Of a stretch of DNA of 64,000 nt, positions 10,980 to 22,025 are shown one piece after another; position 1 is the first letter of the stretch, and each line of letters begins with the position of its first letter. The position numbers and the translations under genes are program-made. The stretch covers positions 5,219 through 69,218 of the forward strand of contig CBDUMN010000001.1 in the NCBI GenBank assembly GCA_965368335.1, written 5' to 3'. This DNA comes from an uncultured Rhodospirillales bacterium. Its GTDB lineage: Bacteria > Pseudomonadota > Alphaproteobacteria > Rhodospirillales > JAPHRK01. A model generated the notes under the pieces. That model worked only from the letters and a program-made list of their open reading frames with translations, was not told the DNA's origin and made no database searches.

Positions 10980-11999
10980 TTATTTGGCCATCAAGTGTTC
11001 GGGAATTCCAATCCCCGCTTCCTTGTAATATTTGGCCGCTCCCGGATGGAGAGGCATGGGGAGGCCCGCTATGGCTTTATCCAGCGCCATAGCGTTTGTC
11101 GCTTTGTGGATAGCACGCAGGAACGGCAGATTTTCGTAAATCGTCTTGGTGATTTGATATACCGCATCCTCGTCCACATCGGCCCGAACCGCCAAGAAGT
11201 TGGGCTGAGCAATGGTGTTAACGTCTGACGTCTGGTTGGGATAGGTCCCGGCCTTAATGAGATAGGGCGTCCAGAGGTTGAGGCCGCCATCAGCCTGCTT
11301 GGCCTGTTCAGGCGTGAAGCTCAGAATTTTAATATCCTCTCCCATAGCCGCCTTGGCCTTGGTCACCGCTCCGGTCGGCACTCCTGCGGGGGTGCTCATG
11401 CCCACGACCTGACCGTTTTGCAGGGCATCTGCACTTGGGCCATAACCGACATGAACCAGCGAATAATCTTTTTCCGCATCAACGCCCAAATTGCCAAGAA
11501 GCTTGGTGTTGGAACCGATCGTGCCCGAGTTCTTTTTGCCCAAGGCCATGCTTTCGCCTTTCAGCCCCGCCATATCGGCGATTGTGCCGGTTTTGGCGTG
11601 CTTGGCGAGAATGGTGAACTGTTCGACATTCTGCCAAAGCATGGAGACGGCGCGCAGTTTGGTCTGCGGTCCATCCTGCGCAACCGGTCCTTTGCCGTTC
11701 CAAGCATAGTAGCCGTAGAGCCCCTGGAGAATAGCGAACTGGGCTTCGTTTTCACGCAGTAGCTTAACGTTTTCACCAGAACCAGCCGAATTGATGGCCG
11801 ACATACCAATCTTTTGTTTAGGCTGGAGTTTCACCTTTACCAGCGTAGACAGCGCTACGCCAACCGGATAATAGGTGCCGCCCGTGCTGGCTGTCGCCAG
11901 AAGATAATTTCGGTCATCGGCAGCCTGAACTGATGTCATAGCAGAAGAAGCAACGGCAACAGCGACAGCGGCGCCCGTCAAAACACGCATAAACTTCAT
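10980..11999 (-). CDS. TAXI family TRAP transporter solute-binding receptor
   Basis: 339 aa. The signal peptide ends in VQAADD, and the TAXI hallmark TGGTYYPVGVAL is present. Confidence 0.92.
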   Translation of the reverse strand: MKFMRVLTGAAVAVAVASSAMTSVQAADDRNYLLATASTGGTYYPVGVALSTLVKVKLQPKQKIGMSAINSAGSGENVKLLRENEAQFAILQGLYGYYAWNGKGPVAQDGPQTKLRAVSMLWQNVEQFTILAKHAKTGTIADMAGLKGESMALGKKNSGTIGSNTKLLGNLGVDAEKDYSLVHVGYGPSADALQNGQVVGMSTPAGVPTGAVTKAKAAMGEDIKILSFTPEQAKQADGGLNLWTPYLIKAGTYPNQTSDVNTIAQPNFLAVRADVDEDAVYQITKTIYENLPFLRAIHKATNAMALDKAIAGLPMPLHPGAAKYYKEAGIGIPEHLMAK

Positions 12000-12197
12000 T
12001 TATCGACCTCCCTGGTCATATGACGTTTTGGTTTGCGAATGAGGGGCCGATTTGAAAACGGCATACCCCAAGGGTAGGCACTTTTTCACCACTTTAGGTA
12101 AGTCGTGATAAGTCCTTTTTCCCCTTAGATAATGTGGGGAGAAAGGGCCTTATAACAACCTATAAAATGCAATATTCGAAAGAGACGCCGGACGCTT

Positions 12198-14510
12198 TTA
12201 AGGCTTCATCAGTTCCGGCACCGAACCGCGTTTACTGCCGGAAAGGCGTTTCGGTTGCTCTTCGGGATATTCGAAGGCCAGTTTCTTTTTCTTCACGACA
12301 ACGCGAACGAGGCCACCCTTGGCAAGCTTACCGAACAGCAGCTCTTCGGCCAGGGGTTTCTTGACTTTTTCCTGAATCAACCGGCTAAGCGGGCGCGCGC
12401 CAAAGAGCTTATCATAGCCCTTTTCAGCCAACCACTGACGAGCCGGATCGGAAAGCTCAATGGTCACGTCGCGGTCGGCCAGTTGCGCCTCCAGTTGGAT
12501 AACGAACTTATCGACCACGCGGGAGACCACATCCGGCGCAAGGCTGGAGAAGGGAATGATCGCATCCAGACGATTCCTGAACTCGGGCGTAAACATCTTC
12601 TCGATGGCTTCCATGTCATCGCCCACACGCTCGCCCCGCTCAAAGCCCATAGGCGGCTTGGCGAGATCCGCAGCCCCTGCATTGGTGGTCATGATCAGGA
12701 TAACGTTGCGGAAATCGACGCTCTTCCCGTTGTGATCGGTCAGCTTACCATGGTCCATCACCTGCAGAAGCACATTGAACAGGTCGGGGTGCGCTTTCTC
12801 GATCTCATCAAGCAACAACACCGCATGGGGCTGTTTGTCGATAGCGTCGGTCAGCAAACCGCCCTGGTCGAAGCCGACATACCCCGGCGGCGCGCCGATC
12901 AGACGCGACACGCTGTGGCGCTCCATATATTCCGACATATCGAAACGCACCAGCTCGACGCCCAAGGTCAGCGCCAACTGGCGGGCCACTTCGGTCTTGC
13001 CCACCCCGGTCGGGCCGGAGAATAGATAGCTGCCGATAGGCTTTTCAGGTTCGCGCAGACCGGCCCGCGACATCTTGATGGCGCTCGACAACGCGTCAAT
13101 GGCCGTATCCTGGCCGAAAACCATGGTCTTGAGGTCGCGCTCCAGCATTTGAAGCGCCTTTTTATCATCGTTGGAGACAGACTTGGGCGGGATGCGCGCC
13201 ATCATCGAAATAACGTTTTCCACATCCTTGACCGTCGCCGTCTTACGACGCTTGGAAGCCGCCACCAGCATCCGCGAAGCCCCGACTTCGTCGATAACAT
13301 CAATCGCCTTATCGGGCAGCTTACGGTCACTAATGTAACGTTCGGAGAGCTCCACTGCCGCCTTGATGGCGTCGCCCGTGTAGCGAACCTTATGATGCTC
13401 TTCGAAATAAGGCTTCAGGCCTTGCAAAATCTTGATCGCATCTGGCACCGAAGGCTCATGAATATCGATCTTCTGAAAACGCCGAACCAGCGCCCGGTCT
13501 TTCTCGAAATGATTGCGGTATTCCTTGTAGGTGGTTGAGCCAATGCAACGCAGTCCGCCCGATTGCAAGGAAGGCTTCAATAGGTTGGAAGCGTCCATGG
13601 AGCCACCGCTTGTCGCGCCCGCACCAATGACCGTATGGATTTCGTCGATGAAAAGGATGGCGTTTTCATCCTCTTCCATCTCTTTGATCACGCCCTTGAG
13701 CCGCTCCTCAAAATCTCCGCGATAACGGGTGCCGGCCAGAAGCACGCCCATATCGAGAGCGAAAATGACGGCATCTTCCAAAACTTCCGGCACATCGCCT
13801 TCAACGATCTTGCGAGCCAGCCCTTCGGCAATAGCCGTTTTACCGACACCGGGATCGCCAACCAGCAAGGGATTGTTTTTGTTTCGGCGGCAAAGAACCT
13901 GGATAGTCCGGTCCACTTCCTTATCGCGACCGATCAGCGGGTCGATTTTGCCGTCCATGGCCTTTTTGTTGAGGTTGACGCAATAGGCGTCAATCGCCTT
14001 TTCGCCCTGCTTAACAACCTCTTCGGCCTCCATGCCCGGATCAGCGCCATGGGGCGCATGTGCATCTTCCATGCCTGGAGCCTTAGCAATGCCATGGGAA
14101 ATGTAATTAACCGCATCGAGGCGTGTCATGTCCTGAAGCTGCAAGAGATAGACCGCATGGGATTCGCGCTCGGCAAACATGGCGACCAGAACATTGGCGC
14201 CGGTAACGGACTCACGGCCCGACGATTGAACATGAATGGCGGCGCGCTGGATAACCCGCTGAAATCCGGCGGTCGGCTTAGGGTCGACTTCCTTATGGGT
14301 CACCATCACGTCCAGATCGTCATCGACGAACTGGGTTAATTCGGCTTTGAGCTGCTCAACATCAACGTCGCAGGCCTTGAGTACGGCAAGCGCATCGGCG
14401 TCCTCGGTCAACGCCAGCAAAAGATGTTCAAGCGTGGCGTATTCATGGCTCCGCGAAGTCGCCAGTTCCAGGGCCTTGTGGAGAGTTTGCTCAAGGTCGC
14501 GCGATATCAT
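12198..14510 (-). CDS. clpA: ATP-dependent Clp protease ATP-binding subunit ClpA
   Basis: 770 aa with two AAA+ modules. Walker A motifs GDPGVGKTA and GPTGVGKTE are present, and clpS lies upstream. Confidence 0.97.
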   Translation of the reverse strand: MISRDLEQTLHKALELATSRSHEYATLEHLLLALTEDADALAVLKACDVDVEQLKAELTQFVDDDLDVMVTHKEVDPKPTAGFQRVIQRAAIHVQSSGRESVTGANVLVAMFAERESHAVYLLQLQDMTRLDAVNYISHGIAKAPGMEDAHAPHGADPGMEAEEVVKQGEKAIDAYCVNLNKKAMDGKIDPLIGRDKEVDRTIQVLCRRNKNNPLLVGDPGVGKTAIAEGLARKIVEGDVPEVLEDAVIFALDMGVLLAGTRYRGDFEERLKGVIKEMEEDENAILFIDEIHTVIGAGATSGGSMDASNLLKPSLQSGGLRCIGSTTYKEYRNHFEKDRALVRRFQKIDIHEPSVPDAIKILQGLKPYFEEHHKVRYTGDAIKAAVELSERYISDRKLPDKAIDVIDEVGASRMLVAASKRRKTATVKDVENVISMMARIPPKSVSNDDKKALQMLERDLKTMVFGQDTAIDALSSAIKMSRAGLREPEKPIGSYLFSGPTGVGKTEVARQLALTLGVELVRFDMSEYMERHSVSRLIGAPPGYVGFDQGGLLTDAIDKQPHAVLLLDEIEKAHPDLFNVLLQVMDHGKLTDHNGKSVDFRNVILIMTTNAGAADLAKPPMGFERGERVGDDMEAIEKMFTPEFRNRLDAIIPFSSLAPDVVSRVVDKFVIQLEAQLADRDVTIELSDPARQWLAEKGYDKLFGARPLSRLIQEKVKKPLAEELLFGKLAKGGLVRVVVKKKKLAFEYPEEQPKRLSGSKRGSVPELMKP

Positions 14511-14541
14511 CCCGACGGTTCTCCTTTATGTTCAAACCCGC

Positions 14542-14871
14542 TCATTCCTTTTCAATAGTACATTGAAGAGGATGCTGGTTCTTACGCGCCAGATCCATGA
14601 CCTGATTCACCTTGGTTTCGGCGATTTCGTAGGTGTAAACCCCACAAATGCCGACCCCTTTATAGTGAACGTGGAGCATGATCTCCGTCGCTTCTTGATG
14701 CCCTTTGCCGAAAACCCCTTCCAGAATATCGACGACGAATTCCATGGGGGTGTAATCATCGTTCAACATCAAGACCTTATAAAGAGACGGCTTCTTCGTC
14801 TTGGGGCGGGTCTTAACGGCCAAGCCGGTATTGGGCCCACCGTCTTCATCATCTCTTCTGTGGTCGCTCAT
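14542..14871 (-). CDS. clpS: ATP-dependent Clp protease adaptor ClpS
   Basis: 109 aa with [16 protein letters not shown], characteristic of ClpS. Confidence 0.95.
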   Translation of the reverse strand: MSDHRRDDEDGGPNTGLAVKTRPKTKKPSLYKVLMLNDDYTPMEFVVDILEGVFGKGHQEATEIMLHVHYKGVGICGVYTYEIAETKVNQVMDLARKNQHPLQCTIEKE

Positions 14872-15049
14872 GGTCTTCTACTGGACATCTCGTTGCTTAA
14901 AACCGGACACTTTCATCACAATAATAATTTAGGATGACCGTCCGGTTAAAGCCTCCTTTTTGACGAAAAAATTCATCAATAAAGCAGACTTCTTTCTAAA
15001 AGATAGGCTGAGCCGGGTGACGTACAACTGCCAAAGACAGATTTTAGAT

Positions 15050-15081
15050 AAAAAAACGGGGCCCTCGAAACGAGAGCCCCG
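15050..15081 (-). terminator. Rho-independent terminator of the phasin gene
   Basis: The minus strand reads cggggctctcg-ttt-cgagggccccg (11-bp stem, one mismatch) followed by T7. Confidence 0.85.
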
Positions 15082-15126
15082 CCCTGTCCGCAATTTTGCG
15101 GAAATATATCAGCCTAACAAAGTAGC

Positions 15127-15876
15127 TTAGGCGCTCTGGCTTTTGATCGCTTCCATGGCGACATTAACGCGGCTGTTCAGCGGCGCCCAGGCGTCTTCGG
15201 CAAGCTTGGTCGAAGCGTCGGAAATTTTTCCGGCTTCGGCGATGAATTTGTCATAGCTATCCTTGGCGAACTTGCTCTGAAGCTCGACCATCGCCTTGGC
15301 ATCCTTGCATTCAAACAATGCCTTGGCGGCGGAAACGTTTTCCTGAACGGAAGTCTGCGTGAGGGCCATCACGTCTTTGCTCACGCTCTGCAGGCCTTCG
15401 GCCATAATGGTCGAGGACTTCACAACGGCATCCAGGTTGTCTTTGTTGAAAGCAACCACTTCTTCATAGCTCTTGAACATGTCAAAACCCATTTTGCTGA
15501 AAAGATTAATCTGTTCGTTCATGAAGGCCGTCACATCTTCGACGCCTTCCTTAATTTCATCCTGCACGGCAACGTTGACCGCAGGCTTTGGCGCGACCTT
15601 CTTGGGCGCCGCTTTGTTAGCAACCGACTTCTTCGGAATAGGCTTGGCTGCCGTTTTCTTCGGAGCAGCCTTTTTCGACACCGGCTTAGCGGCGGCTTTC
15701 TTGACTTCAGGCTTGGCTTCGGTTTTCGGCGCAGCTTCTTTGGACGCTACTTCCGAGGCTTCCGTTTTAGCGGGGGACGACGCCTTCACCGGGGTCGCCA
15801 ACTGCATGGCGGGCTTGGCAACGGCTTTAGGGGTTGCCGGTTTATCGCTTGCAACAGCCATCGATATCATCTCCAA
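15127..15876 (-). CDS. Phasin family protein with a Lys/Ala/Pro-rich N-terminal extension
   Basis: The C-terminal ~140 aa resemble phasin (FNKDNLDAVVKSSTIMAEGLQS..., ELQSKFAKDSYDKFIAEAGKI). The N-terminal ~110 aa are low-complexity AKP/KKAAPKK repeats. Confidence 0.8.
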   Translation of the reverse strand: MEMISMAVASDKPATPKAVAKPAMQLATPVKASSPAKTEASEVASKEAAPKTEAKPEVKKAAAKPVSKKAAPKKTAAKPIPKKSVANKAAPKKVAPKPAVNVAVQDEIKEGVEDVTAFMNEQINLFSKMGFDMFKSYEEVVAFNKDNLDAVVKSSTIMAEGLQSVSKDVMALTQTSVQENVSAAKALFECKDAKAMVELQSKFAKDSYDKFIAEAGKISDASTKLAEDAWAPLNSRVNVAMEAIKSQSA

Positions 15877-16170
15877 TTAACTCAATCGGGACCAGCGCCC
15901 GAAGCAGGGGAAAACAGCGGTGTAATCCTGGACCGACCACCATTTGATCTTGCGGAAATATAGGGGAAGCACTGACACCAGTCAATATTTTTTGTGCAGT
16001 GCAACAAAATAGTAATACGGGAAATGCCTGACAGGAAACAAGCGCGCACCACACAAGTCAGTTTATTTTCAACAAACTAACAGTAGGTAGCCAAGGTGAC
16101 GTTAATTTTCAAAGAATGTGCAGTAGCCTGTTTTATCAGAATATTTTGCACTCGCACCATGAGCGCATGA

Positions 16171-16890
16171 CTACCGCATAATTCCCCAAAGCCCCTCTTT
16201 ACCGATGCGGACCTGAAAATCCGCACGGGTTTCTTCGGGACGCCGCAAAGGACTGTCCACATCCAACACCTTACGCGGCGGGTTTATCGCAACTCCAGTC
16301 ATATCCCACCCGGTCAACAAAACCGGAAACTGAGCCGATTCAAACGAAGCATCGGGCCACTTGAAGGCGTGAAAAACCCATTTCCCCTCAACACAACCGG
16401 AAACGATCCAGTAAAACTCATCGGAGTGCAGCTCCATGCCCTCTGGGGCGGGCAGCAACGCGCCATCCGACCGCAGCGCGTTGACAAAAAGCTCAACATC
16501 CTTAGGTCTTAAAATGGTTTTTGCCCCGGCTCCACGCCAGGGGTCTAGCAATTGGGAAAAACGCCCAACCTTGATCTCAGAAAGATCCGCCTCACCGATC
16601 ACCCGGACAGAAAGATCGAACGCCCCAGGCTCTCCCGGTCTCGACTTAAACTCATAGGTTCGGATCTGTTCATCATAAACGCCATTGTAGACGGCCCGCA
16701 TCGCAAGGGGGGCTCCAACTGTACAGTTCGCCCGAATATCGCTGCCATCAAGATAGCTGAACCATGTGAATTTCCGCGCCACAGGGTTTTGGCCGATTGT
16801 TTCACCCGGCTGATAAGCGCACCCGGTAATTCCGACACACAGCACAACAAACAGGACGCTCAACGGCTTAATAGACAGCTTTCCAAACAA
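16171..16890 (-). CDS. Lipoprotein, function unknown
   Basis: The N-terminus MFGKLSIKPLSVLFVVLCVGITGC carries a lipobox ITGC. I recognise no family. Confidence 0.65.
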   Translation of the reverse strand: MFGKLSIKPLSVLFVVLCVGITGCAYQPGETIGQNPVARKFTWFSYLDGSDIRANCTVGAPLAMRAVYNGVYDEQIRTYEFKSRPGEPGAFDLSVRVIGEADLSEIKVGRFSQLLDPWRGAGAKTILRPKDVELFVNALRSDGALLPAPEGMELHSDEFYWIVSGCVEGKWVFHAFKWPDASFESAQFPVLLTGWDMTGVAINPPRKVLDVDSPLRRPEETRADFQVRIGKEGLWGIMR

Positions 16891-17036
16891 TTTTGTCTCC
16901 TTGCGAATCGGGTTAACCGTTCTTCAATCCCCATGGGGCATTGTTAACAGGATTGGGGAGATGGCGAAAGCAAACGTCAGATTGCGGTTGCCATTTGATC
17001 GTACTCATGGAAAATACCTGAGGGATATTCGAAGGG

Positions 17037-18257
17037 ATGAGTAAGAACGTGGGTCTAACGGGGGCAATTTCACCCGGCACTTTTCTGGGCAGCGCAAGGA
17101 TGGTCGGCAGACAACATCCGATGCGCATCGTCCTGCTTGGCTTTATTGTCTTCCTTTTCGCCGTGACCCTGGCATCTCATAGCCATGCGAAATACGCCTC
17201 GTTCGTGATCGACACGACAACAAATAAAATCCTTCATTCAGTCAATGCCGACACCCGCAACTACCCAGCCTCTCTGACCAAAATGATGACCCTTTACATG
17301 GTCTTCGAAGCCTTGGAAAAAGGGACGATCCAACTGGATGACGAAATGGTTGTTTCCAGCCGGGCATCTCAGCGCCCCCCCTCCAAACTTGGATTGCGGC
17401 GCGGCCAGACGATTAAGGTCGAAGATGCTATTTTGGCGCTCGTGACGAAATCAGCCAACGACGTCGCGACGGTCGTTGCCGAAACTCTTGGCGAGACGGA
17501 GCGCAAATTCGCCCAGATGATGACCGCCAAGGCGCGCAAAATTGGCATGAAAAGGACCACTTTCCGCAACGCCTCGGGCCTCCCCCACCGCGGACAGTTG
17601 AGCACGGCGAGAGATATGGCCACCCTGGGCATCCGCTTGATGAACGACTTCCCCGGAAAGTATGAGTATTTCGCCACCCGCAGTTTTCACTGGAAGGGTT
17701 CGACCTACAGCAACCACAACAAGTTGCTCAAGAACTATAAAGGCGTGGACGGGATCAAAACCGGGTATACGCGAGCTTCCGGGTTCAATCTGGTAACGGC
17801 CGTGGAGCGCAAGGGGCATCGTTTGGTCGGCGTTGTCTTCGGCGGCAAGACCGCTAAACGGCGCGACGCCCATATGCGAACCCTACTGACACGTTCGTTT
17901 AAGAAAATTCCCGGCGAACCTCAGATCGTTCAACAATCTGATGAGAAATCTTCGCCCGTTAAAACGGCTGAATATGTATCAAACGGCAATCAGTGGGCCA
18001 TACAGGTCGGCGCCTATCACAACAAAGGACGGGCGGCGAAATGGGCCGAAACGGCTTTAGACCGCGTGGTTGATGTGGTTAAAGGCGGAGAAACCGTCGT
18101 TTCTCCTTTGCGCAACAAGCGCCGGACCGTCTATCGGGCCCGCATCGTCGATCTGACGAAAAAAGAAGCCTACCGCGCCTGCAAATCCCTGAAAAGCCGC
18201 GACATGCAGTGCATGGTGGTCAAATTGCGCGGCCCTCTCGAAGTAGCCCAGCGCTAG
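17037..18257 (+). CDS. D-alanyl-D-alanine carboxypeptidase (PBP5 class) with C-terminal SPOR domain
   Basis: SxxK (ASLTKMM), SxN (KSANDV) and KTG (IKTGYT) motifs are present. The C-terminal SPOR-like region is WAIQVGAYHNKGRAAKW...YRARI. The true start may be the internal M at 17121 (MRIVLLGF... signal peptide). Confidence 0.9.
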   Translation: MSKNVGLTGAISPGTFLGSARMVGRQHPMRIVLLGFIVFLFAVTLASHSHAKYASFVIDTTTNKILHSVNADTRNYPASLTKMMTLYMVFEALEKGTIQLDDEMVVSSRASQRPPSKLGLRRGQTIKVEDAILALVTKSANDVATVVAETLGETERKFAQMMTAKARKIGMKRTTFRNASGLPHRGQLSTARDMATLGIRLMNDFPGKYEYFATRSFHWKGSTYSNHNKLLKNYKGVDGIKTGYTRASGFNLVTAVERKGHRLVGVVFGGKTAKRRDAHMRTLLTRSFKKIPGEPQIVQQSDEKSSPVKTAEYVSNGNQWAIQVGAYHNKGRAAKWAETALDRVVDVVKGGETVVSPLRNKRRTVYRARIVDLTKKEAYRACKSLKSRDMQCMVVKLRGPLEVAQR

Positions 18258-18261
18258 AGCA

Positions 18262-19653
18262 TTACCCCTCAATCCCCGAAGGGTCGACACCGCTTGCCGT
18301 CATTTGCTCGGCGACGGCTGCCTTTAGACGTTTCAGCCCGGCTTCGTCCTTAGCCTCACAGCGAGCAACCAGCACCGCCTGCGTATTGGACGCGCGAAGC
18401 AACCACCAGCCATCTTCGGTCAATACCCGAACACCGTCCACGTCGTTAACCTCGATGCCCGAAATCGACGCCAGACGGGCCTTAACCTCATCGATGACGT
18501 CAAATTTACGCTCATCGGGGCAATCAATCCGCAATTCCGGCGTCGCCACCGTCTGCGGCAAAGCATCGCGAATTTCAGCCAACGACTTATCACCGTTTGC
18601 AATGATCGACAAAAGCCGAATAGCGGCATAAAGCGCATCGTCAAAGCCGTGATACTTATCGGCAAAGAAAATATGGCCGCTCATTTCTCCAGCCAGTGGA
18701 GATTTCATCTCGGCCATTTTCGACTTGATGATCGAGTGCCCGGTCTTTTCCATATGCGGCTTGCCACCCATGGCCGCCACGTGATCGAAAAACACCTGGC
18801 TCATCTTGACGTCGCCAATGATCGTAGCGCCTGGCTGGGCATCGATTACCTCTCCCGCCCAGATGGCCATCAACTGATCACCCCATAGCACCCGGCCTTT
18901 ACCGTCAATAACGCCAATCCGGTCGCCGTCGCCATCGAAGGCCACCCCAAGGTCGCACCCCTCACGCAGCACCACCTCTTTAAGGTCGGCAAGGTTCTTT
19001 TCAACGGTCGGGTCAGGGTGGTGATTGGGGAAAGTCCCATCGATTTGTTCAAAAAGCAGGATATGGGTCCCCGGCAGTTTTTCGGTCACTTTGACCATTG
19101 CTTCACCAGCCGAGCCATTCCCCGCATCCCAGGCGACCTTCAGGTCATGTCCTCTTCGAAAATCTTTAAGAACACGGGCCACATAGTCTTCGAGCATGGG
19201 CCGATCAATGATCTGCCCTCCCCCTTCAGCGTAGTCGGCATTTTTGGCGATCTCGCCCAGTTCCTGAATGGCCGACCCATAGAATGACTTTCCGCCAAGC
19301 ATCATCTTGATGCCGTTGTGAGTCGGAGGATTGTGGGAGCCGGTAATCATCATGCCGCCATCGGTTTCGAGCATATAGGTCGAAAGATAGAGCATGGGGG
19401 TCGGCCCACATCCCACCCGGTAGACCTTGAGCCCGCAAGCCCCAAGCCCATCGACAGCGGCGGCTTCCAGGTCGGGCGACGTCAGACGGCCATCATACCC
19501 TATGGCAACCGAGGTCCCGCCCTGACGGACAATCACGGTGCCAAAAGCCCGAGCGGCGGCATAAACATCTTCTTTGTTCAGGGTCTCCCCAACAATCCCA
19601 CGGATATCATACTCACGCAGGATTGTTGGATTAAAGCTGTGGCCACCGCTCAT
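18262..19653 (-). CDS. Phosphomannomutase / phosphoglucomutase
   Basis: The active-site loop TGSHNPPTHNG and the family N-terminus FNPTILREYDIRG are present. The internal start at 19653 avoids overlap with ugd. Confidence 0.93.
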   Translation of the reverse strand: MSGGHSFNPTILREYDIRGIVGETLNKEDVYAAARAFGTVIVRQGGTSVAIGYDGRLTSPDLEAAAVDGLGACGLKVYRVGCGPTPMLYLSTYMLETDGGMMITGSHNPPTHNGIKMMLGGKSFYGSAIQELGEIAKNADYAEGGGQIIDRPMLEDYVARVLKDFRRGHDLKVAWDAGNGSAGEAMVKVTEKLPGTHILLFEQIDGTFPNHHPDPTVEKNLADLKEVVLREGCDLGVAFDGDGDRIGVIDGKGRVLWGDQLMAIWAGEVIDAQPGATIIGDVKMSQVFFDHVAAMGGKPHMEKTGHSIIKSKMAEMKSPLAGEMSGHIFFADKYHGFDDALYAAIRLLSIIANGDKSLAEIRDALPQTVATPELRIDCPDERKFDVIDEVKARLASISGIEVNDVDGVRVLTEDGWWLLRASNTQAVLVARCEAKDEAGLKRLKAAVAEQMTASGVDPSGIEG

Positions 19654-19672
19654 GGTCCCGTCTCCGTTTTCG

Positions 19673-20995
19673 TTAATTTGTCTTGCCCAGACAAGGCCGC
19701 CCGATGCTGCTGTATTCAAACCCGGCTTCAATCATGTCGTCCGGATTATAGATATTGCGCAAATCGACCATAACCGGCTTTTTCAGCAGATCGAGCATCT
19801 TACGAACCCCCAGGTTCCGGAACTCGTTCCACTCCGTGATGATGGCCAGACAATCGGCATCCGGCATGGTGTCGTAGGCATTGTCACACCACTCAACACC
19901 GCTCAGCATTTCCTTGGCCTCACCCATAGCTTCCGGGTCGAAAACCCGTACCGTTGCGCCTGCTTCAACCAAGGCCGGAATAATATCCAGGCTCGGCGCT
20001 TCGCGCATATCGTCCGTATTGGGTTTGAAAGCCAAACCAAGCACGGCGATGGTTTTGCCCTTTGCCGTTCCACCACAGGCGTCGATGATCCTCTGGGCCA
20101 TGGCCTTCTTACGCTTGTCGTTCACATCAACCACGGTCTCAACGATCCGCAAGGGGCTGCCGTAATCCTGCGCCGTATGGACCAGCGCCAGGGTATCTTT
20201 GGGAAAACAGGATCCCCCATACCCCGGACCCGGGTGAAGGAATTTACGACCGATCCGACCATCGAGCCCAATGCCCTTGGCGACATCATGCACGTCGGCG
20301 CCAACCTTTTCGCAAAGGTCCGCCATTTCATTGATAAAGGTGATTTTGGTCGCCAGGAAAGTATTACCGGCATACTTGATCAGCTCGGAGGTCCGGCGGG
20401 CAGTAAACAAAATCGGCGTTTCGATCAAATAGAGCGGACGATAGAGACGACGCATAACGTCCTGCGCTTTTTCGCTATTGGTCCCGATGACCACCCGATC
20501 AGGCCGCATGAAATCGTTGATTGCAGCCCCTTCACGAAGGAATTCCGGGTTGGAGACCACGTCGAAATCCGCATCGGGCCGGGTTTCCCGGATGATCCGC
20601 TCGACTTCATCGCCAGTACCAACGGGAACCGTCGATTTAGTGACAACGACCGTATAGCCATCCATGGCCTCGGCGATTTCTTTGGCCGCACCATAAACGT
20701 AACTCAAATCCGCATGGCCGCCGCCCTTCGTCGTCGGCGTTCCCACTGCGATAAATACGGCATCGACCCCTTTGACGGAGGCGGCCAGATCGGTGGAAAA
20801 AGTCAGTCGCCCGGCATCCACGTTGCTTTTGACCAAATCGTCGAGCCCCGGCTCATAGATGGGCATAATGCCTTCTTCGAGGTTCTTGATCTTTTCTTCA
20901 TTCACATCGACACAAACCACATCGACGCCAAACTCGGAAAAGCACGTTCCGCTTACCAGGCCGACGTAACCGGTACCGATCATTGCAACACGCAT
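19673..20995 (-). CDS. ugd: UDP-glucose 6-dehydrogenase
   Basis: 440 aa. N-terminal Rossmann motif MRVAMIGTGYVGLVSG and catalytic region GGSCFPKD. Confidence 0.95.
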   Translation of the reverse strand: MRVAMIGTGYVGLVSGTCFSEFGVDVVCVDVNEEKIKNLEEGIMPIYEPGLDDLVKSNVDAGRLTFSTDLAASVKGVDAVFIAVGTPTTKGGGHADLSYVYGAAKEIAEAMDGYTVVVTKSTVPVGTGDEVERIIRETRPDADFDVVSNPEFLREGAAINDFMRPDRVVIGTNSEKAQDVMRRLYRPLYLIETPILFTARRTSELIKYAGNTFLATKITFINEMADLCEKVGADVHDVAKGIGLDGRIGRKFLHPGPGYGGSCFPKDTLALVHTAQDYGSPLRIVETVVDVNDKRKKAMAQRIIDACGGTAKGKTIAVLGLAFKPNTDDMREAPSLDIIPALVEAGATVRVFDPEAMGEAKEMLSGVEWCDNAYDTMPDADCLAIITEWNEFRNLGVRKMLDLLKKPVMVDLRNIYNPDDMIEAGFEYSSIGRPCLGKTN

Positions 20996-21039
20996 GGACT
21001 ACTTCCTACTCCGCTTATCAATAGGCCGCCAAAACGGCA

Positions 21040-21909
21040 TTAAATCATCTGTTTGACCATGTCGATGACCTGGTCTTTCATTTCTTCATCGGCTAGAGCG
21101 AAGCCCAATTGCGCTTCGATGAACCCGAAACGTGAGCCGCAGTCGAAACGCCGACCTTCAAATCGCAAACCATGGAAAGGGACGCGGCCAATGGTGCGCG
21201 CCATGGCGTCAGTAAGCTGGATTTCATTGCCAGCCCCTTTCTCATGACGCTCCAATTCGGCGAAAACTTCCGGCTGAAGAATATAGCGGCCAATAATCGA
21301 CAAGGTTGACGGCGCATCCTTGGGATCAGGCTTTTCAACGAGTCCCTGAGCCCTGACGTACTTTCCGTTATCTTCGACGACGTCGAGAATGCCGTATTTG
21401 TTGGTGTCTTCCTTGGGAACGTCTTCTACGGCAACGATATTACCGCCCAATTCGTCATAAGCTTCGACCATCTGCTTCAGACACCCTGGGCGCGCTAGGA
21501 TCAGATCGTCGGGCAGAACCACGACAAAAGGCTCATCCTGAATAAAATTCCGCGCACACCAAACGGCATGCCCCAGCCCCAGAGGGACCTGCTGACGAAC
21601 GTAAGCCAAATTGCCCGGGCCGACCATACAGTCGTGAACCTTTTTCAAGGCTTCTGTTTTGCCGCGCTCAGAAAGAATTCCTTCGAGCTCCACCGAATGA
21701 TCGAAGTGGTCTTCAAGCGCCGTTTTTCCCCGGCCGGTAACGAAGATGAACTCATCAATCCCCGCCTCTTTCGCTTCATCGACCGCATACTGAATCAGCG
21801 GCCGATCAACCACCGGCAACATCTCTTTCGGAATAGCCTTTGTCGCAGGCAAAAAGCGGGTTCCTAACCCGGCTACGGGAAAGATCGCTTTACGGACGGG
21901 CTTGCTCAT
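21040..21909 (-). CDS. galU: UTP--glucose-1-phosphate uridylyltransferase
   Basis: The motif AIFPVAGLGTRFLPATKAIPKEMLP is present. The start is set at the internal ATG 21909 (MSKPVRK...). Confidence 0.95.
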   Translation of the reverse strand: MSKPVRKAIFPVAGLGTRFLPATKAIPKEMLPVVDRPLIQYAVDEAKEAGIDEFIFVTGRGKTALEDHFDHSVELEGILSERGKTEALKKVHDCMVGPGNLAYVRQQVPLGLGHAVWCARNFIQDEPFVVVLPDDLILARPGCLKQMVEAYDELGGNIVAVEDVPKEDTNKYGILDVVEDNGKYVRAQGLVEKPDPKDAPSTLSIIGRYILQPEVFAELERHEKGAGNEIQLTDAMARTIGRVPFHGLRFEGRRFDCGSRFGFIEAQLGFALADEEMKDQVIDMVKQMI

Positions 21910-22025
21910 TGAGTCCCCCTCAATCGGGCCCTCAGAAGAGGCTCTAAACGTCTCGAATCGGGCCGCTGGCTTCGTACCGCGCGCTTTGTGCCACATGCCG
22001 CCCAAAGCCGCAAGGAAAGTTACGG

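Noticed and set aside
15877-16170. TGCA-containing repeats (ttgtgcagtgcaa at about 15990 and aatgtgcagtag at about 16118) upstream of the phasin gene, as possible PhaR sites.
   Set aside because: I recall PhaR sites as TGC-rich, but these are short imperfect matches. No phaR gene is in the window and I cannot derive a consistent motif. They are mentioned only inside the phasin finding.
19574-21043. 489-aa plus-strand ORF exactly antisense to ugd. Similar long antisense ORFs lie at 12255-13025, 13635-14339, 38466-39422, 39501-40334, 44685-46475 (596 aa), 46541-47758, 61482-62501 and 62538-63656.
   Set aside because: Each lies opposite a gene with unmistakable family motifs. Their translations are Arg/Gly/His-rich with no recognisable domains. 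Stop-free antisense frames are expected in GC3-rich coding sequence. They are treated as shadow ORFs.
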